Below, in pieces: positions 27,448 to 51,407 of a stretch of 64,000 nucleotides of DNA. Position 1 is the first letter of the stretch; every line of letters begins with the position of its first letter. The DNA comes from Trichoplax adhaerens. Its lineage: Eukaryota > Animalia > Placozoa. The position numbers were made by a program, and so were the translations under genes. The notes beneath the pieces were generated by a model. It saw only the letters and a program-made list of their open reading frames with translations. It did not search any database and was not told where the DNA came from. The stretch lies in the NCBI RefSeq assembly GCF_000150275.1, contig NW_002060949.1:2291836-2355835 (forward strand), given 5' to 3'.

Positions 27448-28253
27448 AATTAACAATTTATTCTCCTATACTTTAAAATCTTTAATTTTTTTTAATCGTT
27501 CTCATCATTATGATTCAATATTACATAAATAGTAGATACGTGTATCATATGCACCGACCTAAAAAAAGTATCCGAATCAAGAGCTTTACACAAACTAGTT
27601 ACGTACTATACACGTATATCATCCTTATACTTTACTGCACTAGCAGAGATGCAAGCATGGAACAATTCTATCCATTTAGATAGTTCACTTAATTGGAGTG
27701 TTTCATTTCTAAAATGAACTTAACTGTTTCCGAGTTATGTTGTAACTAAGAGTCGGGTATCTTGACCATGGTTGAGGTAAAAATTACACTATATTATTTA
27801 CTGAATCAGAAATCTATAAGAACAATCTTTTTCACGCAAGGTCTCATTTGAATATGTAAATGCCAGTAATAATTTTAACTAAATAACTACTGAAAATTTA
27901 ATGTTCGAAATTACAAAAAATATATGAATGTATACACTTTACAGCAATATCGTACACAAAATAAGGCTTAGCCTCATTCTGTATATGATATCATACAATT
28001 AAATCGTATATCATCACCAAAACAACATACGAGCAGCTAGCGCTAGCACTACTACAGCATTTTCTCCTTAGTAAAATGATTAAATAGTGTACCACTACAA
28101 CATCATTTTATGTGCATTTCTCTAACAAACGAGTATGTTACGAATACGACGATTACAGCATATGCAGCCAATAATTGTAACAATCTTGGCAGATATAAAA
28201 TTTTCATGCATCGGGCCGCTGTAGCTAAAATAATTATCCGTGCAATAGCAAGG

Positions 28254-38350
<10,097 letters not shown>

Positions 38351-38439
38351 TTGGTCATCGACGGTGTACCGGTTCAGACTTCACTTGTAGCAAGAATTGA
38401 GCTTAGTGTCACGCGCTGCGCTCTGTATTCATACTTATA

Positions 38440-38615
38440 CAGTCCAGTACAGTACGGCAGCGTACAGTACGTGGTGAAGTATACTGTACACTGTACACTG
38501 TACACTACAGTGTTGTACTGTTCTAACCTCGTTTGCAGAGGTTTGCTGGCAATCGTCACTACTGTACACTGTACTGTATGGCCTGTTATGATCATACAGT
38601 ATACTGTACTCCAGT
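38440..38615. promoter_or_regulatory. TACAG/CTGTA pentamer-rich island upstream of KIF2
   Basis: agtacagtacggcagcgtacagtac...tactgtacactgtacactgtacactacag, 90-260 bp upstream of the ATG at 38350. The regulatory role is inferred from position only. Confidence 0.5.
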
Positions 38616-41122
38616 GACGACTGACCCAGTCAGTCAGTGACCATACCTGCATCACTGAGGCCATCGATGATGGATGATGCTGCAAATAATACTGTGTGCC
38701 TGGCTCACCTTGGCGATACGATAGGTCAGTTATCGTCCCATCTTAGTCGTGGTTTGCTGGCATAGGTTACCTGTCTACAAGACTACAACTATGGTCTACG
38801 GTAATGATTTGATACTGTATTAGGGATTACTCAAAAAAAGAGACGGGACAGGACAACAGATTCAGTGCAAAATAACGTGCAAGCTTCTTATTTTGGGGCT
38901 GATGCTACTAGACTGTACGCTACCCATCAAATCGTATACCATACTGCTTCAAACCAACTTAGTAGGCTAACAATAGCAGCTAATGTGGATGTCAATCGCA
39001 GAAAGTATAGTGTACCATGACAGGCATGCGATACACCTGAAATGACCAGTAAAATAATCAGCCTCCACATTGTTAGTATAATTAACAACCGCTTCCTGCC
39101 TCATCTCTTTCTTTTTAGTAGTCCCTGGCCTTACTGTCGGCCGACTGCTACTGCTTGCTGCTATTACTGTCACACGAAATACTGTTAGAGATACGTACTG
39201 TCCTGTAGTGTCACTGTACAGTATAGGACCGTTCACCCGACAGCAACAATACTGCCACTAACCGTTACAATTTTCTTTTGGCGCTTTGGACTTTTCAAAG
39301 TAGTCTGCGCAGACTCTGTGCTAACTGTGAATCACAACAAATCATGACAGTTTGTACAGTACAAGTACTGTACACTACTATACTGTACAGTACAATGCAC
39401 TGTACGTGACCAGGGACTGCTCAAGAGAAAATTTGTACTCTCGCCCTCCACGCCCCCCATTCGATCCGGCCAGGCTTAACGGTCGACTTGACACTGATTG
39501 CAATAACAATTATTATCATTAACTACTCGTCTAATCCACTTTGCTAGCTAGATTATTAGTGAATAGGCGTAATAATGACAGCATCGATACTACAACTACA
39601 ACATTATAAAAAGGTTAATATTGATTACATTAAATTGAACTAGTCTGTAAGTGAATAGTGAACAAGCATACAGTACAGTAAAATGATAGCTACGATGCTA
39701 TGATTGCAACATTAGCAGCGGTTGTCATTGATTGTATGATACCAGGCATAGAGAAACTCAATACTCTCTACTCGCATAATTGAGTTGAGGATAGCTAACC
39801 CGTAGGCTAGTACACTTTCTAGCTAGGGTTTTCATGGGTGAACAAGCATAAAAATGATAGCTTCGATATTTCAATGGCATCGGTAATGGATAATTAAGGT
39901 AAGATTTTTATTCCCAGAAAAATATCAGAATACAGCAAAATTTTATTTCGGAGATAGTATGAGTTAAGAACTTGATGTTAATTTCCCCCCCCCCCCAAAT
40001 TTCTACTTTTATCGTAAATCGGCCGATGGAAATTATCCACTGCTCACTGCATGTCATACGATTCATATTGCACTAAGCTACCTGGTATATGGATGCTAAG
40101 CACACTGTACGTGCGCCTATGGAGAGTTATCGATAACCACATCGCTCAAATAGACTACTCCCAAGACGTCTTTCAAGCGACGAAAGGGATAAGCCCAATG
40201 ATACTTTGCTAGCGACGTATAATAAATAATATGACAAATCGCAAGTCAATCACTTGCAAATCGCCTCTCCTATCGCACATTAAAACAAACATTTGTATTA
40301 TTCGTAAAATCTTGAAGCATGTTTATTAATCGCCATTAACCAAACACCTTATACAGGTACATAAGGTTACAAATCTACATTCATATTCCTACATCAGACA
40401 AATTGATACTGATAATAGTTCCCGTAAGTGTGGTAGTACAGTATAACAAGTGTATAAAATTATACTACATATTCACGACTGAAATTATAACTTCCTCTAC
40501 CAATACATATTTTAAATCAAACGCAATCGCCACAATGTTCTTATCGCTCTGTATGTTTACCAATGAGTAAAATGATTAAAGAGTGATGCGCCCCTACTTA
40601 CCATAAAAGCAATTAATAAAATACCCAAAGAGTAACCGATTGATATATTGTAAGATAACGACGCAAAATTCACAATATACAGTACGTCCATCCATCCATT
40701 ATTAAATAATGTAATAGACATTCGTATTGTAAATGAAAAGCAATGCATCGTAAAAAGAAATTACATACTAACTATATTCAGATTCTCTAACATCTTACAG
40801 TATGCTATTAATGAAGATTCAAAAATCATAAGTGTAAAATATTGCATTTGTAATGAATATCACTGCGAAGCCTAGAATTGACAGCCATATTATTAAAGTA
40901 TCACCACTTTACTATATCACTTTTTAAGTTCTGTCGTTATATACCTATCGATTTGAAAACATCTCATCAACTACTTGTCTTTGGCGATTCATACGATACT
41001 AGTAAATAATTCAATAGCCAACTATAATCGTAACCATTTTATAACCATGGTAATATCTAGTATCACCAATGTATAGATATCTATTATTTTAAATAGTCAG
41101 CTGTATTAAGTGGACGGCATAG

Positions 41123-44100
41123 CTAAGCAATAACGGCATTGCGTTGCCAAATAGTGATACTCGTACTAGATTCACAAATTTGACCTTTGCAAGCTTTTCG
41201 ATAGGAAATATTATGATTTTCTCGAAGATTAAACCTATGCCAATACAGTACAACAAACAGAATCAACATAAAGTGTAATCTGAATTTGAAAAAAAAGTTC
41301 CAGTTAACTTACCATTTGCCGACCAAAGAATTTATGTAATCAGGCGACCTGTCGTAGTTAATAGCTACAACTAATCCATCAGTATTAACTACTTCTTTCA
41401 AACGCAGTATCCAGGCTTTAAAGAAAAATAGTATATTACTATTCATACATCATAATAATTAACAACAAGAGAACAGTCATGCTTTTCAAAACTCAACCAG
41501 CCGATTGTTAGGAAACTAATAACACTTATCTCAAATAGAGAGTTGCAGGAAGAAAACTGAATCAGTTGCAAGAAGATAATACATGTGATATCCCGAAGGT
41601 AATTTAAGAAACTTATGTACGCTTGATCACGATCTTTATGTTTTAAATGATATATAACTAAAGCAATATGTGATGCGTAAAAATGTATCGAAATTCTTGA
41701 AAGTAGTGATTAATTCTTTCTATCTGTTAGACGCCTTTCAGATAGAAATACGAGATCCAGCTATAAATGGTGAAAAAGACAGCAATAGACCTCCACGATT
41801 TTTAACGTTTGTAACTTAGACAAGTGTAATAAAGACAATCAGGGATACGCAAAATTCATATATAGCAATACAAAATTATGTTGATACAACTACTAATATA
41901 TATACTGTAGCCCTAAAGGTCAATGTCACTGACATTCTACAACTACAATATTTACCAACCTTTGTCGTTGGCAACACGGTTCAGATGAGTAAGCAATACG
42001 AAATCGAACATACAAATTTCATTTGGTAACCACGTCAGCTAGAAAAAGTATACACGTTGCAATCATTATTTTTATATGCCATAATGATTCATCTATACAT
42101 TACGAGTAAATTATCATAAATAGTACCTGCATGAATGTAATCTTATCTCGATTTATCGTACTATCTGTTTTAATCACAATTTCATCATGCCCATCCTGAC
42201 AACATTTAATTTCACCGGTTTTTTTAGCCTTTAAGGCGGTATCAATTAGACGTCCACCAAAGTCGATTCCAACAACCTTAATTGTTATAATTGATTATAC
42301 ACTATAATGTCTATAATTCATATCAATATATGTTTTAGATTACTGTATTCTTGATCTAATACGAGTATTACATATTGGCATACAGTAAATTGATACATAT
42401 GGTACGTATCGTCAAAATGATAAATTTCACATAAAATAAACCTTATGAAAATATTTTGCGAGTTCAAAAGAATTTCTGCCAACTCCACAGCCGATATCAA
42501 GAGCACTGTCCGTATTAATACCGTACTCTTTTAAAGCCTTAATCCAAATGTTATCTACTTGAGAATATAATTCAGCCGATCCATTTTCGCAACCTACTCC
42601 GTCTATCTGAGATACCTTTGACACAAAATTATACCAAAATATTTTTATACGACTCAAATAAAATATCTAAGATGGTCATAATAACATACATTAACATTTC
42701 CAAACTGTGACAAAATGATTTCGTTTACAGCATCAACAGTATCGTATGAAAATTCTTCATTAGTACTTGATACATATCGATCATCGCAATTTTTTAGCAA
42801 AGGCTCATTGTCTGCAGTGGAAATTATCAACATTAACAAGAGACCTAATTCATATTGGAACAGAAACGTTATAGTAATAAAACATAAATAAGCCATACCT
42901 TCTACACCAACACCAAGGACAAACACTTCAGCATTGACGAGACGAACTGGGATATTAGCATCCGGATTATGACGTACAACACGAAAGCCCATATGTTGAA
43001 AGAAATGCCGTCTAAATGCAAATCGCGCATAGCAAGATGATAGACCACCTGTAGATGCCCACGAACCGTACTAAGATGGTTAATAAACAATGATAATGTA
43101 TTAATGTAATCCTATTCCATTAGCTACCGGTAAATACATATATCACATTTAATACCATAATCATATTGTGCCTCCCATCAAAACAAGGAGTTGAAAAGTC
43201 ATGATAGACATAATGAGATTTGAAACCAGGTAAGCCATTAAAGTGGTCTTCAGCCCATTCCCAAACGTTTCCCATAATGTCATAGAATCCAGCAGATGAT
43301 GGACCATACAAATTAACGGGCTACAGCAAAAACGACTTAATTATAATTACAGTAGCGTCATGAGAACACTATTGTGCTTTACTTTACACTTACAGTGGAG
43401 GAACAGTACTTCATATTTATATTACATTGAGGATTACTCTCAAACGCCATGTCACAGCGAGGAAATAGTGCAGAGTCATTAAGCTATAGAAAAATACGTG
43501 ATATACGCTAGTTAAAATATCAAAAATTACTGAAGGCTCCTATATACTACTACAGTAAGTTTACTGGATCATAATTATATATCAATCACAAGTGGTCACA
43601 TACTTTACGACCAAGCATCAAACGGTACTCAGCCTCAGTAGGAAGGCGATAGTTTTGACCCAACCAACTACAATACGCTTTCGCTTCGTGATAATTTACT
43701 TCAACAGGCCAGTCAAGAGGCATATCAAGTACGTCGAATATTGCTCGGTATCTATAGTATGGAAATTTAATATGTACAAAATTTTTCAAGATAACACAAA
43801 CTCAATAATAAATGAAAACGATTCAATTCATTGACGAATTTTATTTTATGTACTGGACACTGCTAATAACATCAATTATTATACAGTATAGAAAATGCAA
43901 TGAAACTGTGGTATAATAACCATGCGATAATACAAAAAGATACCGGTAAAATCTCAGAAAAAATATTACCTATAGTTAGAATTGGAACAGTTTTGTCCAT
44001 TCCGAGAATTAGAGCCATTAGTACTATCTCCATTTTGAGGTCTTCCATTACAATGTGAATAAGATGCTAGTGATGCTCCACATCCTGATTTACATCCTAA

Positions 44101-46839
44101 CAGGACACATGTATAAACGTATTTATATATAAATTATGGAATAGATTTTATTTAAAATTTATGAATAATTTGTAAATGAATGCAAATCTTTACCTTCATT
44201 GCAAACCCAGAAGGTAGGATGCTTAGCCTCTCGATATTCTTTCCAGTGCCACCCTAATTTCGAAAGAATTACGATATTAGATAATTAAGTGACGCGGTCA
44301 TTAAAATGATCGCATAACTTTATTATACCTTCATCAGTCCAGAACTCTTTCTTATCATATCCTCCAGCTTTGACGAATTTTAAGAATTCATAGTTAGTAA
44401 CCGGAAATTCCTGTGCTTCAAATGATGGAACCCTAAATATTAACAATTCCTAGTTAATGATACTGCATAACATTGCTAACATATAAGTATAACCTACCAT
44501 ATAACGCACTATAGCACCGTAAACAGACAAAAATTATGTACGGATACTTACTCAACTGTTGCTTCTCCATACTCATTATCCCAACCAAACGAAGGAAAGT
44601 CTCTCGACTTGCCGAATTTAACAACGCTACCATCAACCCGTATAAAGGGATTTTCGTAAACACGACCATCTATCAATTGATACATAAAAGTAATGGCAAT
44701 ACAGCAACTTTAGCAAGCGATATAAAACTAAAATTTTCAATCTAACTGTATACAATAGGTTAAAATTTCACTGCAGAATTACAGTAACGATTAGTTTTAG
44801 AAATATTACTTGAACTTTCCAAGGGTCCATAATTCCAGTTGACAGGTTTCGTAACCAAATCCACGGGCATTTGACGAATTAAAACACTAGAAGTTTCAAA
44901 ATGAATTCTATAACAGAAAAATATTCGCTTGATTAGATACAGTAAAGAACATGCAAGCACTAATACTTTAATTATCAATACCTTTCATGGTCCAGGCCTA
45001 ACATGACAGCCCACTACAATAACATAAAACAAAATTTTTTATTCTCGTCGAAATTTGCTACATACCATAGACTCAACTATAAAGATTGCATATTAACGGT
45101 AATTTTAATGCATTCGCGAAACTCTTACCCATGGGCTATCTTGCGTAATCGGTAATACCAGTGGTGCTGTATCGATAACATCAAGCACAACTTTTCGTAC
45201 TTTTGCACGATAATCAAGTATATCCTTTACAGAAGGCCATTTAAAGTTACCACCCATACGATAATTCTCCTAGCAGGGAAAAACGAAAATGATGGAATGT
45301 CCAGTAAAATGCAATTGACTTGCTATAACACATTAAGAGATAAATATATATATATATATGATTGTTGTAGCATTGAAGTCTCAAATAATCATTATGTGAC
45401 ACAAAGCTCCAAAATTAATTTAATTAATGATTGTAAACTGAATATTAAAAGAATTACTGTGTTGCCAATAATAATTGCATATTATTCCTCCAACAGTAAT
45501 CAAAATTCTACTTTTCAACGAGCAAATTGACTACTATCTTATGTACCAAGTTGCAGCTTGTTTTCTAGAAATTTTGATTACTGCTAACTGGAAAGTATCA
45601 GTACAAGAACAGTCGTAACTACAACATGCAGAAAATCTATCAACTTGTCCTATTTATATATCGACGGATTTGAGCTACTAAATGCAGGTACAGTGTACAG
45701 TATTATTACTTGGATTTATTACCGTATCATCCCAGGACATTTCATCGACGCCAGTTTCCATTAAAGTTTCGATTTCTAGATCGACACGTTCCTTCACAGA
45801 CAATATTGAAATTTTTTTAATTTATTAAAGTCCGTTAAAGGCAAGTTAAGCACTATCTTGTCTCACAGGTAAATATAGAACAATCTATAGCAAGGCTTCC
45901 TGATCTATCAAGTAACTTGCGAAAGAATTTTTGAAGATAGCCTAACATTCGTGCGCATTCTAAACTTTCCTAATATATATATTCTAATTATGTCACAATT
46001 AGGGTTTACCGTAAGCTAAAAACCTTATTTTAAAATACGCCATTAAGTAAAAATCTAGATTCAATGATAGCTTAAATTACGATGGAAACAGAACGCAGAT
46101 GAGGAACATTTCATCATGAGTTCTTACATTAATAGCATTCTACGTGTATACTGTACTGTACAATAATAATTTAACTTAAAATGTAATGCTGATTCTATGA
46201 ACTAATCAAAGCGATTACAGTATATACTAATGTACGAGCTCGTACTATACGATGGACAGCTAGTACAAGCGTTAGCGTAATTAAATACTATAGATCTACA
46301 CTCAAACCTTGATCAAACCAGCTAGCATCAACTTGTTTATAAGTACTGCAGCGGTATGTCCGTAATAGAAAATTAAAGGCAAGCGAAGACGATCGGGACA
46401 ACAGTAGAAGCTCGATTCATCTATTTAATAGAGATAGCATGAAGAATTGAAACTTAATAATTTACTCAGAATAGAATTCTTCTATCGTAATATTAAGAAG
46501 TATAATCTCAAAAAAAGAAATAACTGTAAAGTTTTCAAATATTGCGCTATACTGCTAATACAAAAGCTTAAATACGTAAAATATCATAATCATTTATTTG
46601 TACTAATATCCGTACCTATGCAATATCTTATTCATATACTATAGATTATAAATTCAGCGAGACTATTGCATGATTACTGTAGTGTACTCAAGAAAGTAAA
46701 CTTCTCCATTAGACGACAACATAGGCTGTAGTATACGTATTTAAAATCGATAAAATACAATACTTCGGAAATACCTTTTAAACTTGTAAATAAGGTTTCA
46801 TCCAAATCGTAGCCATTGATGAAATATTCTCGAATATCA
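41123..46839 (-). CDS. ovoA: Ovothiol synthase OvoA, copy 1 (DinB-like + FGE-sulfatase + SAM methyltransferase); first exon(s) unresolved upstream of 46839
   Basis: Spliced exons give IREYFINGYDLDETLF, CPDRLRLPLIFYYGHTA, ETGVDEMSWDD, iron motif HERIHFETSSVLIRQ, FGWDNEYG, WPVEVNYHEAKAYC, GNVWEWAEDHF, YHDFSTPCFDGRHN, RFAFRRHFFQHMGFR, and methyltransferase motif ALDIGCGVGR. Confidence 0.93.
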
Positions 46840-49800
46840 CTAGTGAAGGATGTTAAAAAGTTATTTTTTTTATAGTTTTTGGTTACATTAAAGCAGTAAA
46901 AGTGTATAATCACAGCATAGAAGCACATCAGGGAATTAAGCATAGTATCAGTGCTTGTTCCTCAATATAGGTATAATACTAGCATTGAAGCTCTACCATG
47001 CATCATTTTCATCGGTAGCTATATCCACAAAGGGTATGATATTTTTACGTATCATTTAACTGAAATTTAGGTACTGTAATTAGAAATTGCGTCGTGATCA
47101 ATGCTATGGCATCGAGTACACGGTAAAGCTGAGCTGTTGATAGGTATGGGCACGGTTCAATACTTGTTGATATTAAAGATTAATTAACATATTTCTTCAC
47201 TGTTGTACGTATACCCTCCAATGTAGCAACACTATCACTACTTTAAATAAGATATTGGTATTGATATATAACGGCATAGTCTGGCAGTATACTATACGCG
47301 TATAGTAAATTCTGCATACTTTAGCTTGTAATACCTTATGTACCCTTGTTTATTTGTTACTAATTTAATTAATTAATCTGAAAGAAAACGCTTATGAGTT
47401 ACTACCTGACCGTCATTGATCTACTCTAATAACACTTTTTAAGAAATGCATAGAACAAATCTAAATAAATAAATGACAAGAGAAATCCGTCCTGGAATAA
47501 CTAATAATTTGTTTACAGTATTTGTGAGTCTTAACATTTGGTAAAGTCCGTCAGTGTTTACGAGTGTGATGAGTATGTACATTGTACAGTAACTGACAAA
47601 TAACAATTATAGCTAATCAGTGAGACAGTGATCATCACTCGAGGGCTTCTAAGTCCGTTCCTTAGTATTTACATTATAAAAGTGGGAAAAACTACAGTCC
47701 ATAACCCCTCTCGGACTTGATCAACATTATAAGTTTAATTAACGTATTTGGGATGAAGTATCCACACTGCAATGTGTTAACGTATTACAGACTAGTATCC
47801 ATCGAGACATAAAGAAAGACTCTTTTACCACTCTAACTCGACGGTATTATGAGTGATTCATTATACACGTACATTACTGCTATCTGTGTAGGTATACAAT
47901 ATATAGGCGTAAAGTATAAAGGCTGTGCAGACTACTAAATTATTGTATGTACACTCAATCAGTACGCAAAGTATGCCAAGCAGGAGTTCGACTTGTCTAG
48001 ATAAATTATTAAATAACCACAGATACAAGTTTTTTGTCTCCTTCAATGCTGTACCTATTAACTGAATTAAAGTAGGTCACGTTTACGCGTTGACGGCTAT
48101 TACCGACAAGAATTTGGAAAACAAATTACAACATGACTTAAATATACATACTATTTATACACGATGATAATTAAATTGAGATAGCGCAGCAACGGCCTAT
48201 ATAAAGCAAAGGCTTAGGCCGCCTATAGCTAGCTACAACGTGTAGACAATGAGCAAGTCTTCTAAAGATGACTGCTTATGTCATTATCACGTACCCTATA
48301 GTTCAATATCTAAATCAAGGAAGAATGTACTACTTCAGGGAAAAAATGCCCTCAAATTTCTATACTAACATCTTCATTTTAAATTAAGCAATTCATGAAT
48401 ATTAACAATGATCATTATGATTCTTGAATAACAAAAAAAGCATTCATAACTGCCATACCCACTAATGATAATCGTGTTGGAAATAAATGATATACTCATA
48501 GATACGGAACTGTACTTTACTACTTTAGTATAGCGTATGCAATCACAAATTTGGAAATACTGTACGGTGTAAAACTTGATAAAAGTTGTTTTAGAAGTGA
48601 AAAGAGCAAATCAAAGATGAATCAAGCCACTTGCATACAATGCTGTATAGCAACTTGAATCACGTTTGAATAACATACAGTACTATTGGGTGTTAGGAAC
48701 TTTCAATTAATTATTGCTTATCCGCAAACACTTACTTTCGAGAACAATTAGATAGATTGATCGAACGAGATGATGTGCAGGCTAGTGATCCAGTTAAACG
48801 ACAATCTTTTCCAACCATACCTATCATGTCAACAAATGGATAATGCAATATTGGTATACTGTATAATTGATTAATTAATTTAAAATTCATTCGAATGTAC
48901 TATCACTCGGTACATCAATGATTTAATCTTGCATTTAATTAAATTTATTTTAATCTAGTACCGTACTTCAATTATAATTACAATAAATTCATGACTAACT
49001 ATATAAGGTCAAGGTACAGTATTTTTTTTTTCGCGGAATGATCAAGCGGGGTCGAAAAAGCCTTTAATAACAACATTATTCATTACATTTTTTTGAAAAA
49101 TTAGTCCGACAAGGTGCATTACTCCTGCTACCCAAAGCAAGTAGGAATACATTATAGGAATAAATCTATCAACGCTATTCTTGACGTCGCTACACAATAG
49201 GATAACCAACTTGTATTACGATTTGGCTCAATTTCAACGTCGTCTTCAAGGCGATACATGATTGAAAAAAATGACGATTAGGGGGGCCCTCGATCAGGTG
49301 ACTACTTTACAATATTGCAATAGCAGTGCTTCAACGATCGTCAGTTGATTAATTGTAATCCAAGTTAAGTCAATCATGATCAATTCCCTTCCTTCATTAC
49401 AAGAGAATTTTCACGATACTGTAGTTTCACTACAGGACAGCAGTGTTTTGTAACGAAGGTCAAATGACTGAGGAAAGTATAAAACAGAAAGCATTTAAGA
49501 AGACTAAAAATTCCGTTCTACGCGTATGAATTAATAGCAAATCATTCAAACTCATTTCGAATATGGTCCTGAAAGTAATAATGTACTGCTTTATAGGCAA
49601 CGATCCTAAATAGCGAAAACTCCTTGTTAGGAATCCGATCATACAGTACATCATAATAAAAAAAAAAATACGTCGGATACTAAGCTGTACTGTAGTCGCA
49701 AGAACTTGGATTTGATCCAACTTTCAATAACTGTTGGCGGTGATAATTTTCGGTACAGTATCATTAATTCATTAAAAGTTGACGAAGCCAACAAACAGTT

Positions 49801-51295
49801 AACATCAAACATACCGTATTTGCCTACAAGTCAATCACACAGGGAAGAAAGAAGAAGAAATACAACACAACGTCCATGAATACAGATTCTAACGACTCAA
49901 TCGGCCGAACAATCAAGTTATCGTTGTCATTACATTATAATTTATCATTCAATTAAGGAAGTCTTTCAATTTGTAAAAAATAAAAATGAATTTTTTTCAT
50001 AAAGTTTTGCTGCAAAAGTTGAAACGAACCGGACAAAACCATTTCGTCCCTACCATAATGATAAAACATTACAGCGCGAGCAAAATGTAAAGCACATGGC
50101 CCGACAAACTTATGTGCTCTGATTGAGCGTATAACTCCATCTAGTACTCGTTTAGTGCACGCTGTACAGTATGTCCAAAATGCAATTTCTATCGGACCAA
50201 ACGATGGAAAATAAGGCAGCTACCTGCCGGTTTTCTGCTAGCATTCCAATACTCACCATCGCTAGCACGTTTTATCGATTTGGATTGTACAGTACAGTAA
50301 ATAACATTGCACAAGAATGTTGAGATTGAAAGAGTGAATGAGGAATAGGAAAATGGGTTGGATTTGACTCCATTAGGGTGTTGTTATGATATTCTACTAC
50401 TGTCGAACACAATTTCATCATCATCATCAGACAGATCGTAACCAAGCTGCAAAACACCGTTATTAAAACGATACCTTTTTCATTTTCATGTCCTCTTCAA
50501 AATAAATAAATAAAGCAGTAGCGAATGCATGCTTTCCATGATTATCATCGACCGTACCTTGCCTCAACACTATCGGATTATGAACAATTTCTACTGTAGT
50601 TGGAAAAGCCATTGGAGAAATCATTGCATGTTGGAAACTATCAAGTTCAAAGTACGATCGATCGTAAATTCATCATCCCTTGGTCCCCCATGTCGTTCTC
50701 ACACTAGACATTATCCTATCGCACTCAATAACCAAGTCAGTTACGCATCTAGCGCAACTCTACTATGGATACAACACCTACTAAACCAATACGATCATCG
50801 ATTGCCAATGATTAACTTACTTGTTCAATCTACCTGTGATCACAAATTGAACTTTTCCACCACAAGAAAAACCAAAACAACAATTTCACGGACGAGATTT
50901 ATTCGTCAACGGAGCGTTTCCCTTATGGTGGTACGCGGGTCACCTTTCATGCTAATTGACGTGTTGGTACAGTACGGTACGATACAGATCCCATGGCTTT
51001 CACAGCGCTCTACAGTACGCGGTACTGTAGGCCACAGTACTTCGCACAGTGGTTTACAGTACTATGTGCTGTAGACTAGAGTTTAGAAAAAAATATACTG
51101 TACTGTACTGTAGAGCGCTAACTTACTTAACCCAGTATGGATGGTGGTGTCGCCAGTGATGGACGCTGCGGTCTCTACCGCCGCCATTTATTAATAGTAT
51201 AGTATCGTCAAACTTTCCATACAGATCCTTTTTTATTTTTTTTTTACTTGTATGCAACTTTTCTAGGGCCATCATTACTGTACGACGTACGTCCA

Positions 51296-51407
51296 TACAA
51301 GGCGACAAGAAACGCTTGCTCATTGCTTTAGTCCCAATGATCAACAAAAGTAACTAGGAAAATCATTGCGACCAGGCCAATGAGCAAGCGTATCTTGTCG
51401 TCTTGTA
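51296..51407. repeat. Imperfect inverted repeat, 46-bp arms and 20-nt loop (hairpin or MITE-like)
   Basis: Arm 51296-51341 pairs with arm 51362-51407: 39 of 46 Watson-Crick pairs plus 3 G:U on the + strand. Confidence 0.9.

Noticed and set aside
39455-39475. ttcgatcc resembling a tRNA T-loop or B-box
   Set aside because: No cloverleaf or A-box can be built around it.
50529-51074. 181-aa ORF, and similar Y/C/T/V-rich ORFs at 38132-38685, 19983-20213 and 51591-51871
   Set aside because: No recognisable domain. The composition largely reflects the TACAG/CTGTA low-complexity islands.
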